The notes under the pieces are model-generated. The model did not search any database. It was not told the DNA's origin and saw nothing but the letters and a program-made list of their open reading frames with translations. 64,000 bases of DNA from the human T2T-CHM13v2.0 reference genome, Homo sapiens: assembly GCF_009914755.1 (NCBI RefSeq), contig NC_060927.1; one strand, 5' to 3'. The position numbers and the translations under genes were made by a program. Positions 53,977 to 64,000 of this stretch are shown here, piece by piece; position 1 is the first letter of the stretch, and every line of letters begins with the position of its first letter.

Positions 53977-54240
53977 CCATCATTAAGTGGCACATACCTG
54001 TACTAGATATCACTGGTTCTAAATTGCTATTCTTGTTTAGTCCACAAAAGTAAAAAGTCCACTTTTTGTACTTTGTTTTTTGCACCTAGTTAAATTGTTC
54101 TTTATGAAAATCAAAGAGATACACATTAACAAAATGAGAATCTCTAGTTAGCTTATACACTTTAAATTTAACCCTTAATGGCTTAATCCATGAATTTATG
54201 TAGTTCCTCTACGATTTTTTAGTTTTTGAAATGGATTTTT
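53977..54240. repeat. Local duplication: direct copy of 52424-52509 plus inverted copy of 52570-52726
   Basis: Direct part 80/86 identical by hand alignment; 54083-54240 is the reverse complement of 52570-52726 at about 90%. Confidence 0.93.
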
Positions 54241-54496
54241 TGAACTAGCACAATATCGTTTTGACAATAATGGTAGTTGTTTAATATTAAGGAAGTATCC
54301 TTCCAATATTTCTGTAAATAATTCTTTAATCAAAATAATAGATATGAAGAATATGCAAAATTATACATATGTAGCTCAATGGAGTTTCACATTCATGTAA
54401 TCAGCACCAGAGAAGGACAGGGAAAATATCCAACCCTCTAAAGGTATCATGGTACCCTCATAGAGTTACTATATTCACCTACAAAAGAAACAAATA

Positions 54497-54800
54497 CTGT
54501 TGTCCTAAGGATCCATGAGGGATTGGTTCCAAAACATCCCCACAACCCCTACTCCCACAGTTACCAAAATCCACTGATGCTCAAGTCACTTATGTAAAAT
54601 GATGTCATATTTTTATATAAGTGACACACATCTCCCCATATACTTTTAATCATCTCTGGATTACTTATAACCCTAATACAATGTAAGCACTATGTAAATA
54701 GGTATTATATTGCATTGTTTACAGAATAATGACAAGAAAGAGTATGTACATGTTCAGTACAGATGCAACTATCTTCCTTTTAATATAAATTGATTTTGAT
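54497..54800 (+). mobile_element. MER2-like (TcMar-Tigger) MITE
   Basis: 'gggattggttcc...taccaaaatccactgatgctcaagtc...aatcatctctggattacttataa'. Confidence 0.8.
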
Positions 54801-54849
54801 CATGGTTTTGTGAACATGTGAGAATAAGAACAAAGTACAAATATTTTTG

Positions 54850-56040
54850 TGTATACAAAATAAGTATGTTAATCCCAACAGAAAGAATTCTCCAGGGGGC
54901 CCGAGGGTACATTAAACAAACAGACAAAATCGTTGGACTAGTGGACCTTAGTCAGCCTCTGTTGTAAGCTATAATGAATGCTGGCACAGTGGACACATTA
55001 ACATTATAGCCATGCAACTTATGGATGAAGGCCATAAATAGGCCCAAGAGCTGCACTCTCACTATTATCAAAGGTGATCTAGCTACTACCATGGCTTGGG
55101 GTTCGACCTGCCTGCAACATAAGTCAATATTGAATTTCTAATATGAACAATCTTTATAGAAAAACCAACCAGTTACTCAGTGGCAAGTTGACTTAATAGG
55201 AACCCTTCTATCTTGGAAGACAAGTGATTTTGTTTAGTAAGAATAGATTCTGTTGTGAGTTTGCCTTTTATGACAGCTGAGTGTCAGTCAGCACCACTCT
55301 TGAAGGGTTGCCTTTGGATCCAACTTAATACTGTGTCAGCCAAGACAGTCACTACACACAGAAAGGTGCCAGAGTGGGCACATGCTCATGGGATCCTCTG
55401 AGAGTTTCATATACCATGAGATTCATAGAGCAATGGGGCAATCCTTCACACATAGCTGAAGCACCTGTGTCAAGCAATTACTTAGACATTACTTGGTGAG
55501 GATAAGGTGACATACTACAGGATACAGTGTAAACTTTAATGACTTTTATATTGGGCTTTGTCCCTAACAGATGGAATACATGGGACTGGAAACTAATAGA
55601 TGGAAGCTAGATTGACCCTGCTTTTCATGACTTCTAAGTACCTACTTAAAGAATTTGTGATAGTTTGCTGAGAATGATGGTTTCCAGCTTCATCCATGTC
55701 CCTACAAAGGACATGGGGGGAGAGGGGAGGGATAGCATTAAGAGATATACCTAATGTTAAATGACAAGTTAATGGGTGCACCACACCAACATGGCACATG
55801 TATACATATGTAACAAACCTGCACGTTGTGCACATGTACCCTAAAACTTAGAGTATAATAATAAAAAAAAAAAAGAATTTGTGCTCACCATTTCCACAGC
55901 TCTGGGCTCTGCAGGCTTGTCCTGATCTCCAAAGGAAGGACACATCCACCCAGGAGAAATAGCAAGAGTCATTTAAACTATAAACTACAGCTACTTTCTG
56001 GACACTTTGTATTCAGCAGACAATTCAGAGAGTCATCAAT
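54850..56040 (+). mobile_element. ERVL-class internal (pol/integrase) remnant, HERV16/ERV3-16A3-like
   Basis: 'tggcaagttgacttaataggaaccctt' (~55181) translates WQVDLIGTL, like the ERVL integrase WQVDYIGPL; followed by LTR16-like sequence. Confidence 0.7.
55660..55871 (+). mobile_element. Short L1PA (L1PA3/4-like) with 5' inversion
   Basis: 55660-55715 is antisense ORF2 end, 55714-55871 is sense 3'UTR + poly(A); TSD aaagaatttgtg at 55648-55659 and 55872-55883. Confidence 0.93.
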
Positions 56041-56089
56041 ACAGGCATTGCCCTTTTAACAAATCTGATGAGTAACCTAAGTTTCAGAA

Positions 56090-56228
56090 CTCTATTGAAA
56101 CTGCATCATAGTTTAAGTTTTCTATCTACCCAATACTACTTCCTTCCCTTCCCATCAATAGAGAAGAAGACATATGTGTGCTAATTTCTACCACAGTGTC
56201 TGCTTTTCAGGAAATTCAACCTGCAAAA
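56090..56228 (+). mobile_element. LTR16-like 3' portion
   Basis: 'ctgcatcatagtttaagttttctatctacccaatactacttccttccc...gtgtctgcttttcaggaaattcaacctgc'. Confidence 0.6.
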
Positions 56229-56229
56229 T

Positions 56230-58070
56230 CATATAAATTTTAAAATCAGGTTGTCAGTTTTCCTCACTAATTTACTTTGATGTTTCTATTAGTATTGCAT
56301 TGAATCTACAATTTGGTGAGAATTGACATAAAAGATTGACTCTTTAAAGTCTTGAATGTGGTATATCCACTTATTTTATAGGACTTCATCCTTTCTCCTA
56401 ATAATGTTTTGTAAATTCTTCTGTTGAAATCCTGATTTATTTTTATATACTTGATGATTTTTTTAAAAAATTGTCAAGGGTACTTGAGAAAATTAATTTT
56501 TGCTTGTTTGTAGAAATAAAAATGTTTCTATATTGGTTGTGAAATACTGATGTTGCTTTTACTAATTAAGTCTAATAGTTTATAGATAGTATTGGAATTT
56601 CTATGTGCATTCTAATCTTTTTAAAATTTATATAGGATACACTAATATATTTATTTATGTTTATTTTAAATTAGTATGTTTTGCTAATTCATGTTTTTCT
56701 AGGTATTTGCCAACTTCACCTACAGTGTCAATTGTATCAGCTAAAGTTGTTCTTAAGCTATGCTTATTTTTTATATCCGTAACATCTATGGTGATGTCCT
56801 CTTTTTCATTTCAGAAACTGAAATTTGTGTCATCTCTTTTTATTTTTATTTATTCTTATTAGAGTTCACTAATTTTATTATTTTTAAAGAAACTAATTTT
56901 AATTTTTGTTCTATGTACTTTACATTATCATAAAATCATCTAATAGTTATTTGATTTTATGCTTATCATTTACTTTTTCCTATAATTTTGGTGATTTCTT
57001 CATAGACTTTTTCTATCTACATGAAATAAATTATTTTTAATTTCTTTAGAGTTTGTTTTCTAATAGATGTTTAAAACTCTAAACTTCCCTCTAAGTAAAG
57101 CTTTAGCTGTATCTCAAAATTTTTTATGTCTTCTTTCTGTTATCATTTAAGATCAACATATTTTCAAATTTCCAATATGGTTTATTCTTTGAGATGTACA
57201 TATTTAAAAAGCACACATTTTGGCATTTTCTTATCATCGTTTTATTATTTATTTCTAGTTTAATTGGATTAAGGTCAAAGAATCTATCAGGAAATGAGTT
57301 TCTATTTTGAAATTTTAAAAATAATCTTTCATGGACTAACAATTATAATAAAGTTTTTTTTTAAATGTTCCATATTCAGAGAAATACACACATACACATA
57401 TATACATATATATTCCTTTACATATGTAATTTGTAATTGTATCATTAAATTATGTTTTTCAGACCTATATGCTTGTTGATTTTGTATTTGGTTTTCTATC
57501 AGTTATGGAAATAGTAATGTTGCATTCTTAATTGAATATTTATTTTTTATTTCTGTCACTTTTATTAATGTATTTTGAAATTATGTAATTAATGCACACA
57601 ATTCATAATTTTTATTTTTCTGCTAATCAACCTCATTATTTTGAAGTCACTTCTTATTACTAGTCATACTTAGTGACTTATTGTCTAATATTAATATGAC
57701 TACACTTGCCTTCTTTCCATTACTATTTGTATTGTACAGATTCTTCATCATTTTGTAACCTGTGAAACATAATGTTTTTATTTCTATGTTTATATGTTTA
57801 AGTTGGTTACCAAGTATTTAGATTTTGCATTGTTATCCACACATACTTCTTCTGTTTTAAACTTGATTATTTAATCCACTTATACTTTATTTAATTACTG
57901 ATTTATCTGTATCTACCATCTTACCATTTATTTTCTATTTAACTTACGTTTTTATTCCCGTTTCTCTAATTTGTCCTTTCTTTTGTATTTATATTATATG
58001 CTATTTCCATTCTAATTTATATTTAACATATTAATTATATGTTTTAAGCATTCCTTTAGTAATCACCTTG
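56230..58070 (-). mobile_element. Old L1M ORF2 fragments
   Basis: 'gtattgcattgaatctaca...gagaattgacat', 'aaacttccctctaagtaaagctttagctgtatctca'. Confidence 0.7.
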
Positions 58071-58073
58071 AAG

Positions 58074-58686
<613 letters not shown>

Positions 58687-58699
58687 AGTGATTTCAAAA

Positions 58700-60330
58700 T
58701 GCATCCTTGATTTATCATCCTCTAACATAGTACATTTACTACTTTCCAGAAAATAACAAAACCTTAAAAATACAACTTGCCTGCGTTTTCTGTTACTTTC
58801 CATGCCTTTTATTGCAGTATGTATTTAAGTACCTTAAAAGTATCATGATAACTATTTCATCCCATCAATATTTAGTCATATTTGCCTGCCTGTTTGCCAT
58901 TTAATTTTTGCTCCTTTCTTCCTGTCTTATAGTGGTTTGTTTGGTTACATATTCTTACTGCCTGAACTTCTTTTGTATTTATTTTATGGTGGGTATATGG
59001 GTGGAAAATTATCTCACGTTATTTCCCCCTCTTCCTTGGAAATTTCTTTATTTGGCCTTCTGTCTTGAAGGATAATTTTGCTAGGTCTAAAATTCTAAGT
59101 TGACACCTGTTTAATTTTAGCCTGTTTGAGTTGTCATTCCACGGCCTTTAGCTTCTATTATAACTATTTAGATGTCAGTAATCCATTTGATTCCTTTTCC
59201 TTTGAAGTTAATGCTTCCTTTTTAATCTAGCTGTTAAGATTTTCTTTTGTCATCAGTTTTCAAGTTTCATTATTAGGCTTCTATGTATCCTTCCTTGTAT
59301 ATTTCCTGCCTGCCATTCTTAGAATATTTCGAATCTCTTATTTATTGTTTTTTGTCAGTTTTGGAGATTCTTAGCTGTTTACATTTCAAATATTTTTTCT
59401 GTTCTATATTATCTTTCTCCCCAGTCTGGGCCTCCAATTATATTTATTTTAGTAACTTTTATTAAGTTCTGTATTTTTTCATATTACCTATTACTGTATA
59501 TATATGTGCTTCAATATAAATATATTCTACTGACTTAGCTTTCTATCTATAATCATCTATTCTGCCATGTCTAATGTGCTAATAAATGTATTTAATAGAT
59601 ACCATTTGTATATGCATACATCTAGCACCTTTATCTCTTAGTTACAGGACTGCCCTCAAGCTTCTTTAGACATCTTTTCTGCATAGCTGGTGTTTTCATC
59701 CCCCTGAGGTAAACCCTTAAACAAGAATTGAAAAGTAGAGGAATATAAGATATAAACACTTCTGTTCTCTTACTTCTGATAGGAGCAGAATTCACATGTC
59801 ATCTACACTTTCTCTAGAATTCCTCTGAGTGATTTTAATTGACACCTCACCCTTGGAAAAGAAAGGTTTCCTTTCCTTCCTGGTCCCACTTTCTCACTCT
59901 CATGTCAATATTTTTTCCTGGAAATATCTTCTAATAAGTCAGTTGCACACAAATCAGTTGCACTCATTTCAATATTTGTTTCTTGGGAACCTGACCAAAA
60001 ATGCATGAATATTGACTTCTACATTTTAATTATTGATTTTATTCAGTACCAGATTTTCCCTTAACATTTGTATTTATATAATATAATTCTCGATAGAAGT
60101 CTCAGTCTTGTCATCTATTTTCATGAATGTATTAATCATGACTATTTTAACATTTATTTCTGAAAAATCTGGTATCTAGTACACATGTGGATCTCTTTCT
60201 ATTACCATTTTTTCTCTTTACACTAATTTTTATAATCATAGATAATATTTTCTTAATTTATGAACAATGCACATAAAAATTATCACCTGTCAATGGCTCC
60301 ATTCTTTTCAAGATTTTATTCCTTCAAGTC
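58700..60330 (-). mobile_element. L1ME/HAL1-like ORF1-region fragments, hosting LTR16
   Basis: 'tcttgaaggataattttgctaggtctaaaattctaagttgaca', 'tctattctgccatgtctaatgtgcta'. Confidence 0.55.
59620..60002 (+). mobile_element. LTR16-like ERVL solo LTR
   Basis: 'ttccttcctggtcccactttctcactc...ttcctggaaatatcttctaataa...ttgcac...tttcttgggaacctgacc'. Confidence 0.6.
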
Positions 60331-60829
60331 CTAGTTGCCTCAGAAACATAGCCTTCCAATGTCTCCATATTAACTTTTTTACAGCAATTCCAATTGTTAT
60401 TGGCAGGTGCATAGATATGCCACAAATCACTTCAAAGCCAGACTACGACATCTTATCCTATTACTCTTTATTTACTAAAAGTATTTTGCCAAAAATATAA
60501 TTTGAATTTTATAAAGCAACTTTCCAGTATTTGGAAAGTTTCATTCTTTCTACTATTACAAACATACTTGAACAAGTGTTTCCTTATATATCAATATTGT
60601 ATATAAATCCATATCTAATGAATTCCTTTGTTAAATATGAAAACATAAGAAAAACGTACCCATTTCTTTTGTCCCAAATTATTTTTATATAATCAGTAAT
60701 TTATACCGTTTATTATCATTTAATATTTTGATTTAAATTATTTCTTTGAACTATAAGTTTTATTTTTATGTGTTACTCTGTAATCAGATTTGTCAACCAT
60801 GAATCAGCCTTATTTTCTATTAATAATGG

Positions 60830-62270
60830 TAAATTGACAACATGTAGTCATCTCTACTCACAAGATAGACCCTGCCAAAATGACACTAAAGGACCTAAAC
60901 CAGTATTAACATAAAAGACAATGAAAACTGGAGTAAATTTGAGATATAAATATATTTGAGATGTCAAAAACCCAAAGGAGGAGTACTAACTGACATGTTA
61001 CTAACTGCCTACGACGGGGAAATAATTGTAATATTTGACTGCATTAGTACTGTAGAATCTCCAGACTCACATAGGTACACAGAATGTGGGACATAAAATA
61101 GAAGAATTAGTTAAAAATATGTATACACTGCTGTTAAACAGTAAACCTATTTCCTATACCTGCACATTATTTAGTAGTCAACCCTCTCACAAAGACTTAT
61201 CATTGTAAAATTTCAGAATAAAGGATAAGGAACATCCTAAAAGTTCCACAGGAAAAAACAGAAAGTGATAGGAGCCAGAAAGTAAACAATATTCTTAATA
61301 CCAAAATAAAACAGAGCAATATTTTCAAGATTCTAAGAAAAAAGTGATTTTCAGTGTATAATTCTCCATTCAATCAAATTATAAATAAGAAAAGAAGATA
61401 GAATGATCTCAATGTTAGACTGCAAGAATCCAAAAATATATCTCTCAAAGACTCTTTGGAAGTTCCTGGAAGGCGCATTTAGCAAAACAAGAGAGCAAAG
61501 CATACAGAAGGACGTGGTGCTAGAAACAAAATAACACAAAAACTCTCAGGACTACATTGTGAAGTAAGACAAGTAAAAATCCAGCACAAACTCTAGGAGA
61601 AAATAAAAAAGGTGAAGAAGGAACGCCTGCCTCTGTGATTAAAATAATAGTGATAATGACAATAATCCTAATAATACAGGAAAAGGAAAGAAATATGTAT
61701 ATATATTAGGAAAATTTATTGTGAGTCTTCTGACAGATCAAGTCTTAGGGAAAATATACTATATAGAAAACTAAGAGTTAAATAATGGAATAATTCTTAA
61801 TTCCAGGAAAACAATATTTGTATGATAAAGAAAAAATAATCATTGTACACTACTTGGCTCAAGAATTATATTTTCATAATTATAATGTATAAATTAGTTA
61901 ACCAAATGAAGAATAAACTTTGTATGCTAAATAACAAAATTTGTATGCTTAATTAAAATGTGGTATCATTCTAGTAGAAAGATAGGAGAAAAGAAAACGA
62001 AGTTGATAATTCAGCTCTAATAAAAGAAAGCCAATACATAGTGTCTCAATTTCATAATTTAAGAAATGGAGGTATAAGCATGGTATAAAGAAATGTGGAT
62101 TAAAACACCAAAAGAAACAGTCTCAAGAATGGAAAGTAGCTATCTCCAGGAAAGGGACTATGAGGTTAGGAAACACTGCTGCTTTTTATTATGAGTGTTT
62201 TGCAGTGATTTTTGTTCATGTTATGCCTATAATAAGTTAATAAAAATAAAATTAGTTGGAAATAATATGA
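60830..62270 (+). mobile_element. L1ME/HAL1-like fragments
   Basis: 'atcattgtaaaatttcagaata...ggaacatcctaaaagtt' and 'gcaatattttcaagattctaagaaaaaagtgattttc' resemble degraded ORF1. Confidence 0.5.
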
Positions 62271-63934
62271 ATTTTATATTTAACTGATGTCAATAATTAT
62301 GACAATTTTACTTTTTGAGGTTTCAAATCATCTTACTGCTCAATTACTGAATGCCTCAAGAAAATTTTCAATAAGGCACATGATTTTTCTACCGTCTGTG
62401 TGCTTTCATAACTGAACAATCATCTCTGTGTCCTACAGAAGTGGACAAATTAGCTAGACAAACCTACATAGATTTTATTTTAAGGTTAATGTTTGAGAGA
62501 AGTTTGAAGTCCAGTTGGCTTTTGTAATCCACATGGAATGTTTTTGTTTTGGCTTGTTACCATATTTTAGCCTGAATGTTCCTGCCATCTTTTAAATCCA
62601 TAACATTCAGAAATGTGTCCTGCTTGGATCTAGGTACTGATTTCATTTCATTAATTTTTCTTAATACACAGTGAACTGCGGTGGGATGCAAGCTCAGGGC
62701 TAGCACTTGAATGTTACTCTTTCCTAATTTCTAAGCTCAGGTATATTTCTACACTATTTTAGCTTTTCATAGTGATCACAAGTGAGGTGGCAAAAGGGCA
62801 TAGATGTTTCTGAGTTTGTCAGGATCTTATCCATAAATATGGAAGTCTTTAATTTTCCTAAGTTAGTGCCAGTCAGGCTTTGCTAACTATTAATCATCTA
62901 AAGGTTAAAGGTATTTATAGAAAAAATGGAGCTCCTAATTGCTAAGCTAAGACCCCCTTTGCTATGTTTTCGATTCCTCCCCTTCTCCAGTTACCAGTTA
63001 CCTCCTTTATGTTTTACTCTCTCTCCTCCATCATTTGCTCTGCCTTTCTCAGTGAAAACATGCCCAGATAATCCGTATTTCAGCATTCTGGCATGAGGTG
63101 TGTGTGCCGCTTAAAGAAAATCTGTAGTGACCCTTTCTGTAAAGAGAACAATAGATTTGAAAGAAAATAAGTACTTCCTAATTTATCTTTTTGGTAACAT
63201 TGTAAAAATACATTTAATTAAACAAAGATGTAAATTCATAAAATTATGTATATAGTTATTGGTCATCATTTAAGACGTCATGGAGAACAAGTAGAACATT
63301 TGATAATAATCAGAAAACTATTATCACTTAAAATTAAAAAAGAGTTACCCAAGAAATGACAATTTTATAAGCTTAATTTTGATATCAGAAAAATGCTAAA
63401 ATAACGCGGTAAAAATCTTATTAATTCTTAACACAGGGGACCAAAGAAGGGTGGGGGAACAGAATTGCAATTAACTTTCTTGAGATTATCTAAATTTTTA
63501 AATGCAATAACAGCATCTAGATATCAAGGGACTGGCAGTCCTTTTGCTATCCTAAATAAAGCAATGTTGGATTAATAAGGTTTTCTGTTAACACAAAAGC
63601 TAAATTGTTAATTCATGGAAGAAAATGGCATGCTGTATAAAACCACTTTTCAAAGAAAAAAATTTATTCTAACAACTACAAGAAGTATGACTTTGTAATA
63701 GGCCTAAACCATTGTACAGTTCTGTACCAATTACCTAGCTACAAAAATACAAATAAAAAATAAAAAAAAACTCCATCAAAAGTTTTCTAGAAACTAGCAA
63801 TGATGATTAAACTAAAAAATTTTGCTGGATATCTTACAATGACATTTATTACAATTTTCTTGAGAAAAGCCGTCACAAGAAGAAAATAATTGTGCTCGTT
63901 GAGTAAGAAACACATGCCCCTAATAAGAATTGGA

Positions 63935-64000
63935 GAAGTGGCATATGTGGGAGCTAAAAATTAAAACAATTGAATTCATGGATAGAGTAAAATCATGGTT
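63935..64000 (+). mobile_element. L1MA-type 3' end, running off the window
   Basis: 'tgtgggagctaaaaattaaaacaattgaattcatgga' matches the L1MA 3' region. Confidence 0.65.

Overview
AT-rich primate (human-like) non-coding genomic DNA, probably intergenic or deep intronic. Alu, L1PA, THE1 and LTR12C elements point to a catarrhine/hominoid genome. I find no supportable host protein-coding exon or RNA gene. The listed ORFs are chance ORFs or pieces of Alu, L1, THE1 and LTR12. Most of the window is nested transposable-element fossils: MIR, L2, L1M/L1PA, MaLR LTRs, a full THE1 provirus, a solo LTR12C, ERVL/LTR16, and hAT and Tigger DNA transposons. The most unusual structure lies at 45-56 kb. It holds two local templated duplications, each with a junction next to a Tigger-family terminal inverted repeat (TIR). 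One has a direct + fold-back + inverted architecture that creates a ~157-bp inverted repeat. The same region has a twin-primed 5'-inverted L1PA and an Alu cut off after 19 bp. Candidate regulatory items are the LTR12C promoter and a PBX-HOX/MEIS motif cluster in apparently unique DNA at ~35.7 kb. Family names come from recalled consensus sequences, not from a search, and boundaries without a target-site duplication (TSD) are approximate.
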